A stretch of 64,000 nt of DNA from Eledone cirrhosa. Lineage: Eukaryota. Both the position numbers and the translations under genes were made by a program. A model generated the notes under the pieces. The model searched no databases and had not been told where the DNA came from. It saw nothing but the letters and a program-made list of their open reading frames with translations. This document shows, piece by piece, positions 42,859-63,329 of the stretch; the first letter of the stretch is position 1, and each line of letters opens with the position of its first letter. The DNA lies in contig OZ024742.1 of assembly GCA_964016885.1 (NCBI GenBank), forward strand, positions 39,122,001-39,186,000, given 5' to 3'.

Positions 42859-43376
42859 AAAATTAAACGAATTTAATCTAAATCAAAATTATGGGTGTTT
42901 ATGCCAGATTTATCGTTTGATTTATCTTAATTTTGGATATAGATATATAAATATGGCTCCTTAATTGTAGAGCTAACTCTGTTGAAAGGACTCGACTGCT
43001 GTTTCTAGTTGTCGATAACCCTATTCACGCCACTGGGACGAAGCTAGTATAATGTGTGTATTTCTAGTAAATACTACACGTGGTGATGGCCAGTCGCTGA
43101 TTTGAACTTGAAGTGTAAACACGGATTGCTGGAACTTCTTCCTTGTTGAAAATCCAAGTCTCCTCTTCTGTGGTTTACCATCTGATTAATTGGTGAAATA
43201 TATTTCTTTAATGGAATATATACAGGGAAGATTAATCATATTATAAGGTATCTATTTTTGAAGTTCTGGTCAACTTTATTTAGTTACCTACCTAGCTATG
43301 TGTGGTTACACACTTGTAAAAATTATCTCCTGTGATTATTCATGTTTATTTATATGTTAATCAATCTCTAGTTATT
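42859..43376 (-). repeat. Diverged inverted copy of the 40196-40700 unit
   Basis: Reverse complement is collinear with 40196-40660. Confidence 0.85.
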
Positions 43377-43527
43377 ATATATATATATATATATGTAGAA
43401 GTTATATTTAATTTGTTGGGATACAACAAGCAAATATTTTTATAACTGATATAAAGCACTCAACAAATTTTTGGAGTAAAAATACAATATATTAACAAAA
43501 GGAAACTATATTTATAAAACCATATTT

Positions 43528-43590
43528 ATTTCATTATACATATTTCAAGGACACCAAAGCAAATTATGGTGCGCTTTCATCAGATAAAAT
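43528..43590 (-). ncRNA. Minimal hammerhead ribozyme (family H2, diverged copy, intact core)
   Basis: ATTTTAT-CTGATGA-AAGCGCACCA(TAATTTGCTT)TGGTGTCCTT-GAAA-TATGTA-TA-ATGAAAT; flanks match 27190-27300. Confidence 0.78.
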
Positions 43591-44267
43591 TTAATATAGA
43601 TCAGTTTTATAAAGAAATATAGACATACCCTTAAAGAATGCGACCATGTCGGTTGGATATATATATATATATATAGGTGTGTGTGTATGTGTGTGTGTGT
43701 GTGTGCGTGTGTGTGCGTGTGTGCATATGATTGTATAAATAGTTTGATATATTTATGCATTACCAGCGGTTTTGTAGACGTATACAACCACATCCATCAC
43801 CTGAAAACCAATAGAAAATAAGTAGGAATCTTAATGAGTCACCATTGGTTGGTTCAGACCACGTGGTTAAGCTGAAAACTGGAGCGGCAACACATTTTCT
43901 TAGTTGTTGACCCACGTATAGAAGTGGCGCCAATTTGTCAAACGATTTAGTCACAACATTTAGTTGTTTTGCGACAGCAGTCTGTGTAGTGGCTCTTTGG
44001 TTGGATCGTCCAAAAGATTGGGAAATCTGTGTATCTTATACTGCCTCGGTCTTTCTCGGACCCATGTGTCTCCTTACTGGGTGTTAGAGTTAGGATTATT
44101 TATTATTCTTCAAATATGGATTATTTTTGCTTCACACACACACAGACACACACACACACACACACACATACACACACACGCACACACACACACACACACA
44201 GACACACAGACGCACGTACACACACACAAACACACACACACACACGTATATATATATACATATGGTT

Positions 44268-44784
44268 GAGAGGAAGAGCAAAGCTTGGGCGGCGTGCCAC
44301 AGCTTGAGATCGGTGTGGAAGTCGGACCTTCGTAAAGACCTGAAAATCCGCCTCTTCATTGCTGTAGTGGAGTCTGTGCTGCTATACGGGTCTGAGACTT
44401 GGACACAGACCAAGAATCTCACTCAGATGGTGGATGGGTGCTATACGAGAATGCTGAGGATGGCTTTGAACGTTAATCAGTATACACTGAGGATGAAAAA
44501 CTCAGAGCTATATGAGAGCCTCCCAAAAGTCAGCTCAAAAGTGACACAGAGGAGACTGAGGTTAGCTGGACATGCTCACCGACATCCAGAGTTGACATTG
44601 CACTCAGTGCTCCTGTGGGAGCCCCTGCATGGACACACTGGAAGAGGAGGACCAAGGTTAATGTATGTTGATGCCCTAAGGACAGACACTGGTCTGTTGG
44701 AGACGCAGGACATGGCAGCGATAATGAGGGACAGAGACCGCCGGAGAGAGCTCGTCCATGGATCTCGGGAATTTTACCCGCCCT

Positions 44785-44786
<2 letters not shown>
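44268..44786 (+). mobile_element. RTE-type LINE 3' fragment
   Basis: KIRLFIAVVESVLLYGSETWT...MLRMALNV...RRLRLAGH...LLWEP..GRG.P...DR..R; (TA)n tail. Confidence 0.88.
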
Positions 44787-44828
<42 letters not shown>

Positions 44829-44835
<7 letters not shown>

Positions 44836-44962
44836 AGGAAAGCACTAACGGGGGACAGTCCCTTCCTTAGTTGTCTGCTGGAGGTAATGCGTTGAAATGT
44901 CCGTGAGCTCCAGCAGACAACTGGAGAAGGGACTGTCTCCCGTTTGTGGCTTCCTTTTATTT
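44829..44962. repeat. Imperfect hairpin / small foldback element (about 55-bp arms)
   Basis: AAATAAAAGGAA..GACAGTCCCTTC..AGTTGTCTGCTGGAG pairs with CTCCAGCAGACAACT..GAAGGGACTGTC..TTCCTTTTATTT. Confidence 0.85.
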
Positions 44963-45869
44963 CTAAATACGCTTCATCAAATAACCACACAGCCCTTTAT
45001 TTCTTCTAACTTTATATATATATATATATATTCAGCATTCTTTTCTAGTAACGAAACGCACGAAGAAAGAGGAAAATATTCTCATCCATATACATATTAA
45101 TGTTCTTTGTTTTGTTTGTTGGCTTCTATGAAAGTTTTTATGCAAGTTGAGTTGTTTTATGAGAAAAAATGAGGTAATGAATAACATATAGAGTAAATAG
45201 TTTAGTTTAGATGGGAGATAATAACTTCTTCGTTTTTATCTTTAGTTCTTGGCTAACTGAATTTATTACATCAAACTTATTTTACGGGATTTTTCACATG
45301 AGAAATGGGATTTAAAAAGAAGTGAATGAATTAATTGAAGAAAAACATATTTTAAAGTGTATTTAGACTTCATGCAAGGCTACCTAACTATAAAATAGTT
45401 GAATATAACTCTTTGAGACAGAAAAAAAAAAGGATAAAATCACACGCAGGTAATTCTGTTTTTATTTACACATCAAGAGGCTTATTCCCGACATTTTATT
45501 TTCCAATTATTTTATAGTTAAAATTATGCGTTGCGGTAGCTTACTATACAAGCAAGACATAGTTTGAAATTCCAATCTTACTACTCGCTTCGTAAAACTT
45601 TTCATATATTTAGCTGAGCTTTAAATACCCGTAAATCTCGTGATAGCTATTTCCGGTTGTGGCGTTACGGCTATTTTAAACTGCAGTTCCATATCTGCAG
45701 ATTTATTAGTGATTGTCGCTACATATGCATAAAACTTGACAAGGGCGCCTGGATTAGTGGGAGGATGGGGCAAAGTGGCAGTCCATAAGTAAATCCGATA
45801 CTGCTTATAGTGGCCTACTTTCAGCGGAAGATTTACATAATGGTTAGGGGTAAGTTGCTTATAACAACA

Positions 45870-46020
45870 ACAACACTTGACTTTATTTTATTGACTCAGG
45901 GAGGATAAATAGCAAACTTGACCTTAGTGGAATGTTTGATGTCAGAATGTAAAGAGCCATAACAAATACCACGAAGCGTTTGTCCAACGTTCTAATGATT
46001 CTGCTAATACATCGCCCTTA
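45870..46020 (-). mobile_element. tRNA-derived SINE (family A), old
   Basis: Degenerate body and head. Confidence 0.6.
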
Positions 46021-46186
46021 GATGTTTTATTCATTATCCTAACTGTTTCCTTTCTTTATGCTCCAGTATGGCCTTTCTATTTAGTTTTATACAAAATTGA
46101 CCTTTTCTTTCGACCGCCTCCTAATTTACCCAAATATTGTAGCTTTCACCGTAAGTATTCCCAATAAATATTTTAAATCCACTAAA

Positions 46187-53669
<7,483 letters not shown>

Positions 53670-53724
53670 GACCCGGCTCCAGCCCGATTTCCTTATACAG
53701 GACCTTAATGTGAAACATCGCTTT

Positions 53725-53843
<119 letters not shown>

Positions 53844-54202
53844 TTATGTATGCATGTGTGTGTATGTGTGTGTGTATGTTTGTATATAATTTTTCCTTAA
53901 ACAACCCTTCCAAACAACTAAATACAACAAACTTAAACTAGTGAAAAAGTCATCACACAAAATGCAATTATCGAATTAAATTAAAATTAGAGCTGCAACA
54001 TTAAAAAGCCTTTCGTACCTGAGACTTTTCATCGAGGATTTTAATCCATAGTATTAGAGGCGTGATACAATATATATAGTTTTTCCTTACAGAACTCTGT
54101 CCAACAAATAAATACAACAGACATAAACTAGTCAAAAACATACCACACAAAATACAATTACTCAATTAAATATAATTAAAACTAAAACACTTTTTCCATA
54201 CT

Positions 54203-54370
54203 GGTAGGCGGTGAATGGTGAAAGTCGTTAGAACAGCGGATAGAATGCTTCGCGGTATTCGTTCCGGGTCTCTGCTTTCTTAGTTCAAATCTCACCGAAG
54301 TCGTCTTTGCCTTTCATCCCTTCGAGGTCGATAAAAAAAAGTACCAGTCTTGTATTGGTGTCGATTCTTC
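54203..54370 (+). mobile_element. tRNA-derived SINE (family A-related)
   Basis: AGTTCAAATC B box, GCCTTTCATCCCTTCGAGGTCGATAAA..GTACCAGT. Confidence 0.8.
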
Positions 54371-55531
54371 TTCTATATATCTTTCAACCCTTCCCTGGAA
54401 GGAATCTCCGTGTGTTCTGACTTAGAAGAGGATGGGATCCACCAGTCTTAATAATACCCAACAAACATGCGCATGCCATTACGACTCCTGCAGGAGTTAC
54501 GGGGACCATACCATATTATACTGGTACTAAGAGAGCGAACTCTATCGGGTCACAATTGCCCTCAATATCTGGTTTCTTTCGATTTATGGATACCAGATAA
54601 ATTAGGACCATATACACTGTAGTGCACTAAATCATATCATCAGAAAAAAAATATAGGTTAGATGTAATAATAATTAAAAACATGTAAGCTTCTTGCCCAT
54701 TATATCGAAATATTTTAATGAATAATGAATATTTGTTTTTGAACGAAGGCGGCGGTACTATGAAGTATTAATTAATTGATAAATTTAAGATTTACATTCG
54801 AATGATGTTTATCTTTATTTTGTACCGATGCTATTAAAGCGTTTTCTTGTCGGCTATATTGTCTTAAAATTGTTTAAGTTGGTATTTTAGTACTTGAACA
54901 CGATAAACATTTATTGATAAAATATGGTTTTATATTCATAATGTATAGAATAACATATAAAAATATGAAAATATAAAATTAACGGATATTTTTTTCTTTA
55001 GATTAGTTGTTTAGATATTATATAGAAAATCTACATTTTATTCGAATTATCGACAAAAGACTTTATAAATACATTATAAGTACAATACGTACAAAATCAA
55101 ATACACACACACACGCATATATATTACACACACACATACACACACACACACATATATATATATATATTGCGTGTGCGAGCGTGCGTGTTTGTTTCGGTGA
55201 GAGAGTGCTAATATGTTTTAAAATCTGCTGATATTTAGAGTAAGACACGGATTTCTAACAAGTTACACGACGTGTCTCGGGCATTTAAACCAAGAGAGTC
55301 CCATCCTTTCTCAGATCTAAACACAGCCGAGTTGTTCCACAGAAGGAAACGGAGAGAGAAAAGAAAAAGAAAGAGATATAGAGGAAAATCGTTCACAGTA
55401 TGGAACTAACTGGTACTTTATTTATCGTCATTTGACTACAGAACGTACAAAGCTGGGACGAATACTGCAAAGTATTTTATCCGATGTATAGGATAGGCAA
55501 CAAAAGTATAAAGAGTTGAGGGTCTATTTAT

Positions 55532-55775
55532 GGTGGAGGCGCGTGGCCTAGTGGTAAGGGTTTTGAACTTACGATCATAATGCCGTAAGTTCGATTCCTG
55601 GACTGGGTTGCGTTGTGTGTTCTTGTGCAAAACACTTCATTTTACGTTACTCTAGTATACTCAGCTGAAAATGAGTACCAGCAATAGCTGGGGGTTTAAA
55701 CCTGTGATGGACTGGCGTCCTGTCCAGGGGGGACGGAGTCTTGTATTCTCAGTCGCTTTACGCCTAAACACCAGC
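55532..55775 (+). mobile_element. tRNA-derived SINE (family B-related)
   Basis: GGCGCGTGGCCTAGTGGTAAGG A box, AGTTCGATTCC B box, CTCAGCTGAAAATGAGTACC. Confidence 0.8.
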
Positions 55776-56039
55776 CTAACGAGCTTTTGGCTTAAGACAG
55801 ACTTTATTTTACATAATGAAAGCTTATACCCATTTTCACAAGAGAAGGTATCTCTCACCCACCCCAAAGTGGGTGGGAGATCTCACCGTCGGACGGGGAA
55901 AGTTGACAGATCTGCAATCTTATCATCCAGTTTCTTATTTGATTATGAAGTAGACAGCAATTTTTTTCTTAGATTTTATTTCAATTAAATCATATAATAT
56001 TAGCAATAAAAAAACTAAATAAATATTCAAAATTAGTTT

Positions 56040-56320
56040 ATCTCAGCTGCCCTTCACGGACAATATTGAGAAAGAGACCAGCCAATGACACCCACTGTAT
56101 TAGCCACTTAACCCCACAGCACACCCTCCTTAGGCGGAATGCACTCCGCACCAATATTTTGGAAGAAAGCGGTAGTTCGGAGTACACCTGAAATCTTGAC
56201 GGCGCCCAGCACAAAAAGAAACTGTCGGTCAACTCCTGGTATTTGGATAACTTCCGTTCTCCTGCGTAACGGGTGCCAGGGGTTGTGGCCGAAGCAACAA
56301 AGTCTTCCAGATAATTCAAC
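56040..56320 (-). mobile_element. Decayed RLE-type (CRE-like) LINE C-terminal fragment
   Basis: RYAGERKLSKYQEL..FF, then a frameshift to AVKISGVL, then KWLIQWVSLA; resembles the AExRKxxKY..F.P.AVET.G..WL.QR.S.A pattern. Confidence 0.45.
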
Positions 56321-56939
56321 GACTATAGACTCTCCTTAAATTTACAGTCAGTACATTAATTCGGCTTATTGATTAGAGTATTGAACTTTCAGACAGCGTG
56401 TTGCATTTTGATGTATGACGTTTCATTTCATGTTGTTTATCGTTATACGACTAAGATTTCTATCATTAAAATACTCGGAAAACCTTGTATGAGAGCAGCC
56501 AAACCTACATAGGAGTGAGCTATAAATTTCCTTTTCTCTCCAACCCCAAACCTTCGTATTAACGATAAGAATCTTATAATATATCTTTTTCTAGATAACA
56601 ACAAATTATCAAAAACAATGTAACCTCCTCCATCGTGGGTGGCAGTATTAAACTGAACAGCCGGAAGCTTGGAGTAACCGGAAATGTATTTTTAGGGTAT
56701 AGCTTCACCTTCGTCATTTCCATCATCAACGTCATCATTTCCCCACCAAAACCACCATTAACCACTTCTAGATTCACACCAGCACCCCTCTCCTACCATT
56801 ACCACCGTCCACACAGAGACACCATGTATGGACGTTAATATTTGTTTATCTTAAGAAAAGATAATTTAGTAAATAGGGTGTTTAGATATGTTTTTCACAC
56901 ATTTGCTGATACACTCCTTTAATACAATTTTGGGTCTGA

Positions 56940-57268
56940 TACCGTGTGGCTTATTGGTTATAGTGTTAGGTTTACGACCGTAAGGTCATGAGTTCAATTC
57001 CCTGACTAGGCTGTGCGTTGCGTTTTTAAGAAAAACATTTTATTTCAGGTTGCTCCAGTTCATTCAGTTGTTAAAAATGAGTTACACCTGTAATCCAAAG
57101 GTCCAACCTTGTTACACACTGTATCACGCAGAATCTCCCTGAAAACTACATTAAAAGTGCACGCGTCTGTGGAATGCTCAGCTACTTCCACGTCAAATCC
57201 CCGAACAGGATGTCCCGTTATTCAAACGATTAGAACACTCGTCGAAGGAACTAACAGAAGTACAACAT
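56940..57268 (+). mobile_element. tRNA-derived SINE (family B), full length
   Basis: GTGTGGCTTATTGGTTA A box, GAGTTCAATTCC B box; body shared with 60600-60915. Confidence 0.8.
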
Positions 57269-57757
57269 AGCCTTTAATACAATTTTAGATTCAATTTTTT
57301 CCTATTTAAAATATTTCCCCCTTTATTCAAAATGTAGTTGTCCTAACGCAGATGACTATAATGATAGTTTGAAAAATTGGATAAAGTGCCCTGTGGGACA
57401 GAAAATGTGGACAGAGATGCCTGCGATGAATTAAACCCCGCCTCTCTCGGATGCCGAGTGACTATGCTAAACATTACACTAAGCTGACCCTGCCACTGAA
57501 TGCCGTTGGATAGATTATTTTAAGCCTGCAGCTAGAAGCGTAAAAATCCGGTTTGTTTAAGAAGCATTACAAAATTTGAAATGCAGTCGACCCAACACAG
57601 TGACTATAATAATAGCCGATCACTATAAATAGTAGTTGAAAATAATCGGGTAACATACTCTAGTTATAGTAATCGACTATTATTATTGTCATCTGCCTTG
57701 AGACGACTACATTTCAAATTGCAAATTTTCCCAATGCTTCTTAAGTCAAGCGGATAT

Positions 57758-57788
<31 letters not shown>

Positions 57789-58235
57789 TTCGGTTTAGCA
57801 ATGTTAAATTGATAAAACTGAGATGTTTTCATAAACAAGTCATTGAGGACGAAGATTTAGAAACATTTGAATTCAAAGTAAATCCACGACGAACGGTATT
57901 CAAATTAAAATTCCAATATTAGTTATTTTTTATTTTTACTTTCTATTCGATTCCACCATCGCCACCACAATTCTTCGTGTGAAGTTACAACGAAAATATC
58001 TCGGGTTTTATCAAGATTGAATTATGTTTTGCGAAAATATCTCTGAATTATCAAAAAGAAAAGGAAAACAAGTAAAAACAGAAGAAAACACGTGGAAATA
58101 ATTTTAATCAAAAATCATCCAGACCGATATTAATTAAATCTCAAAAATCATTTATTTCTAGGGTGGGGATGTGGCAGTGGATAGCTGGAAGAATCGGTAA
58201 AGTGTTGGACAAAAATACTTTGAATACTTTTACTT

Positions 58236-58563
58236 ACGTATTTTCCATTATGAGTTCAAATCTCTCTCCTTCATTCACTCTCTCCTTTCACGACGAAGGA
58301 ATACTGTCCGAAACAACGTATTTTCCATTATGAGTTCAAATCGCTCTCCTTCGTTTACTCTCTCCTTTCACGACGAAGGAATACTGTCCGAAACAACGTA
58401 TTTTCCATTATGAGTTCAAATCTCTCTCCTTCATTCACTCTCTCCTTTCACGACGAAGGAATACTGTCCGAAACAACGTATTTTCCATTATGAGTTCAAA
58501 TCGCTCTCCTTCGTTTACTCTCTCCTTTCACGACGAAGGGCTACAGTCCCAAACATCGTATTT
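58236..58563 (+). repeat. 80-bp tandem repeat x4 (160-bp dimer x2)
   Basis: Unit starts at 58236, 58316, 58396 and 58476; alternating TCTCTC..CATTC / TCGCTC..CGTTT variants. Confidence 0.95.
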
Positions 58564-58644
58564 ACTCTCTATTACATCCTTACAGCGGGATACCAAAAGC
58601 TATGGAAGAGATATGGAATGAATGACGGACAGTAAACAAGAGAT

Positions 58645-58770
58645 GGATAGCACCCTGTTGTTGGATAGCACCCTGTTGTTGGATAGCACCCTGTTGTTGG
58701 ATAGCACCTTGTTGTTGGATAGCACCCTGTTGTTGGATAGCACCCTGTTGTTGGATAGCACCCTGTTGTT
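58645..58770 (+). repeat. 18-bp tandem repeat x7 (GGATAGCACCCTGTTGTT)
   Basis: Direct reading. Confidence 0.97.
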
Positions 58771-58787
58771 GGTCGAATGTTTTATAA

Positions 58788-59005
58788 CTGTTTCTACTTT
58801 AGGCACAAGGCCAGCAATTTGAAGGGGAGAGGAAAGTCGATTAAATCTACCCCAGTGCATTACTGGTCCTTTATTTATCAACCGCGTAAAGATGAAAGAC
58901 AAAGCTAACCTCGGCGAGATTTGAACACAGGACGTAAAGGGCCGTAACTCTATACTGCGAAGCATGGTGTCCGACGCTCTACTGATACTGCCGATTCACC
59001 ACCCT
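58788..59005 (-). mobile_element. tRNA-derived SINE (family A), full length
   Basis: A and B boxes, body and tail as in the other copies. Confidence 0.88.
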
Positions 59006-59982
59006 AATATTTTATAAAATAACAATCCGACATACGTTGCCGTAATGTCAACACATTGAAAGATTGCTTCAAACACAAACACAACCATACAAAAATGTCT
59101 AACAACTTTTAGTTACGTCCCTTTACGTTTTAATTTTAAACTTGCCAAGATCGATTTTAGTTAGTTTTAATCATCACAGCTAAGGCCTTGATGGAGCACT
59201 GCCTTCGACATTGGTTTTTATCTCTTTAAGCTTGATGAAATAAGTACCAGTCAGACATTAGGCGTTCGATATAATTAAATCTGAACCGATTAAAAAATGG
59301 GTGGCTTTCGTCAAAATTAGAAATCATTAGGGAACTTTTCTAGAATAAGGAGCTCTACCTTAGCCTTAATATTCCATGTGCTCGAAGTTTTAACTGTCGT
59401 AGTAGTTTTAATTGAAAGATTACATGAGGAGCTAAAAAACCCATACACACTACCCCTTTGTCCAGAAAAGGGTTGTGAGGACTCTTCAGTTATGTCAACG
59501 GTACGATAGTCTCGCTAATGCTGCTGATCTATATGATAAAAGCGCCCATTACACTCCGTAAAGTGGTTGGTGAGAGAAAAGACATCCAGCTATAGAAAAT
59601 CTACCAAAGAAAAGTTCGGGAGGACTCTTCAGCTGTGACAAAGACAAGACAACCTCTCTAATGTTAGTGACACGATAAAATGCACTCAGTAGAGCGCCGG
59701 AGGTAAACAGTACATTTCCGCTCATTTGTTTAAGGTATAATCGCTCTACTAGTTCGTATATGCTACTTTTATACACATTTAAAGAGTATGTTTATATCAA
59801 CGAGATTTTTGTGAGGTATTTGACTAAGACTTTTAGTCGGATATTAAACATTTGAAATCGATAAAACAGTAAGCCTTTCAGGACAACCCAGTGTGGTTTC
59901 ACGCATCAATATTCATAGAAATACTTCACTGAAGCCCCATTCTTTATTTTTCTCTTCAAACACCCCCACCCCCACACACACA

Positions 59983-60029
<47 letters not shown>

Positions 60030-60219
60030 TGTCTGTTTCTGTCTGCTGTTCTCTCTCATACACATACACATACACTTTTGCCTCTTATCTCTCTGTCTCT
60101 CCTTCATACACATACATGCTACCTCTCTCACACACAGGCATGTATACATATACTCTCGCTCTCTCTCTCTCTCTCATAGACACTCGTATTCACACATTCT
60201 CTTCCCCCCTCTCTCTCTT

Positions 60220-60309
<90 letters not shown>

Positions 60310-60599
60310 GCGCGCACACACACCTATTTCTTTTACATTTTCTGTTGATTTCTAGTCCCATAACTGAAAATGTTGGTCCCTGAGACAGGTTTTTTGAATT
60401 CCTACTTGTTGAATCCACACCTTATAATACCTCTCTTTATATGACCTCATAAACGTGTTTTTGTGTTTTTGCGTGCATGTGTGTATGCGTGCGTGCGTGT
60501 GTGTATGTGTGCGTTTGTGCACGTGTGTGTGTGAGCGTCTGCGATTGTGAGCGCGCGTGTACATATTTTAAAACAATGTTTTCAGCAGTTATATAAAGT

Positions 60600-60915
60600 C
60601 GGCGTTGTGAAGGTGAGTGGCTAAGGTGTTTGGCTTACGATAGTAAACTCGTAAGTTCGATTACCGACAGCTTACTGTTGAGAAAAACTACTTATTTGGC
60701 ATTGCTTCAGTTTACCTAGTTGAGTGGATAAAATGAGTTGTACATGTACTTCAAAGGGCCAGCCTTGTTACACTATATCAAACTGAATCTCTGAGAACTA
60801 CATTAAGAGTACACTTATTTGTAAAATATTCAGTTGATTTTCTGTTAATTTCGTAAACAGGCTATTCCATGTTTGAACAACTGTAATATCCGTCACTAAC
60901 GGAAGTTCAACAACA
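60600..60915 (+). mobile_element. tRNA-derived SINE (family B), diverged
   Basis: AGTTCGATTACC B box; AAAGGGCCAGCCTTGTTACAC body; (CAA)n tail. Confidence 0.75.
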
Positions 60916-61862
60916 ACATTTTATCCTTAGATAATCTGGACCCCTCTCACAAATAAACAAATAAACAAACAAACTAATAAAGTCTTTCTTTAAACATATT
61001 GTTAATTTAGGCTTTGTAGAGTTAAACTAAAACCGATTTAAACATCTAGATAACATATTTTAGAAATACTCACAACATCGATTCCCTTCGCCTTGTCACA
61101 GTATAAAATTTATGCCAATAGTAATTAAAATAAATCAACGAAGCGGCTCTATTTTAATTGATGATCGGCGTCACATTCATTCATTATCTGTCCAAAACGA
61201 CTCTTTCTTTAATTACTAAAATGTTAATGTATATTCAGTCTGTCCGGCTATTGAAAACCTGACATGATTTTTCTCCTGTTTATGACATATAGATTAGTTG
61301 CTTTTCGTAGTATCTGTTGAGCGTTGTGTTCTCTATCTCGTGTGGCCATTAACAGATCTTCTGGTTTCTAATTTAGGCACAAGACAAGACATTCTTCTTT
61401 TGGGGATAGTTGGAGCGTTGTCTCCTTCAGCAAGACGCTTATTTCACGTTGCTCTTTCTGCCAGGAGTTGCGACCAGTAGATAGTGTCCGCAATGGAAAG
61501 ACCAATGAAAATATTGTTTTCTTGGTCTGATCTAACGAGTTCCACCTCACACAGTAAGAGAATGAGGTCTGGAATCAAAGAATTGTAGAATCTGCAGAAG
61601 TCTGAAATCAAATCCTTTGTTCCGTTCTTTTATGCTTTGAGTTCATGCGGTTTATAAAATTAATACCAGTCATATGCTAAGGACAAGTCGATCGAATACA
61701 CCAGCTCCCTCAAAAACAAGGCCTTCAATAATACGTTCGACATACATTATATATGTGTTGTTTTTCTTGTTGTTGTTGTTGGACATTCGTCGGTTCTAAC
61801 GACGAGTGTTCCAGTTGTTTGAACGGCGGAACGGCCTGCTCGGGAAATTAACCTGTATACAT

Positions 61863-61947
<85 letters not shown>

Positions 61948-61950
61948 TTC

Positions 61951-63311
61951 AAGAGAAACAGTAGATAATTTCAAGAATTTAAGAAAAATTTGAGAATTTT
62001 ATTTAAGTAATGACCACTTTCTTATGTCTGTTGCCATAGAGACCTCAGAAGTCCTTGGTCTCCAAACTGCATTTTGTATCCAGCTCTCCAGACATATGGT
62101 TCTGCATTAGCTACTTCTCTAAATCATTTCTCCATCAGAACATTGGCTCTCTGTCATGCGCACGCAATACTCACACACATGTACGCATGCGCTTACACGC
62201 ATATTACATGTTAATTTGGTTTAAATTTGATTGCAGTTTAATATATATATATTTACTCAATACTTGAAACACAGACGCGCGCGCATACACACACACACAT
62301 ATACTCACACACACACACATACACACAGATACTCACACACACACATACACACGGGGACAGACAAGCTCTCTAATTCTCTCCCTCTCACCCTCTCTCTCCC
62401 TCTCATACTGACATACTTTCACATGTCTCAAGACACAGAAATACTTACACACACATACATACACACATTTATAGCAAATAATAATTTATATAATTAGGTT
62501 CGAGTACAGAAAGTAAATTAAAACCAGACGTGGCTTCGTAATATTATATGCAGTTATGGTTTTGATGACGGTGGAGATGAGTGTGATGATGATGAGGATG
62601 AAGGAGAGAAAGAGTATGAGGGGAAGGGGGGGGGGGAGAAGGATATGAATTTGATATTGTAGATGATTATTTTTATTTTTCTCTTTATTTACTTCGGCCA
62701 AGAAAGCAGTGTCCACATTTTTACTATGTTTATTTTGTACGACTATACGTATAGAATATTTATATATTCCCTCAGTTTATTCCCACGTCAATACTTGGGC
62801 CAGTACGATGATGTCTATGCTTCGATGGAAAGGTTTCATAATATCGAAACATGTCCAATATTGTCTCATCTACTTGCCGAAAAGTTTAAAATATTTTAGT
62901 CATTAAGCTATGTTGTTCTTTCCTGATCATATAGCATTTCTAATTAAAGTTATAAAGCTCACTGCTTTAAATTAGCCAGAAATTCTTCAAAGGTACAAAA
63001 CAGCACCAATATAGTATCACATTGAAAAAACATTGTGGCAAATTTTCACAAGGATCTGTTCATTAGTAAAGTTGACAGATTCAGGATAATATGAGCAGGG
63101 AGGGATTTCCAGAGAGCCAATGTTCTGATGGAGAAATGATTTAGAGAAGTAGTTAATGCAGAACCATATGTCTGGAGAGCTGGATACAAAATGCAGTTTG
63201 GAGACCAAGGACTTCTGAGGTCTCTATGGCAACAGACATAAGAAAGTGGTCATTACTTAAATAAAATTCTCAAATTTTTCTTAAATTCTTGAAATTATCT
63301 ACTGTTTCTCT
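61951..63311. repeat. Long inverted repeat with about 202-bp arms (61951-62152 and 63110-63311), poly-T left and poly-A right
   Basis: Arms are reverse complements with about one visible mismatch; spacer about 960 bp. Confidence 0.92.
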
Positions 63312-63329
63312 TTAAAAAAAAAAAAAACA

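Noticed and set aside
53890-54180. Diverged direct duplication with a period of about 190 bp
   Set aside because: Real but featureless local duplication with no structural or coding signal
54385-54640. Possible decayed Penelope RT fragment on the minus strand (IHK..LRAIV..GDSFQ); a similar hint at 43800-44090
   Set aside because: Motifs lie in different frames with stops; too weak without a profile search
55537-55610. tRNA gene
   Set aside because: A and B boxes present but no acceptor stem; continues into a SINE body
58600-58965. ORFs with NNRVLS / LLDSTL repeats
   Set aside because: Read-through of the 18-bp tandem repeat and the adjacent SINE
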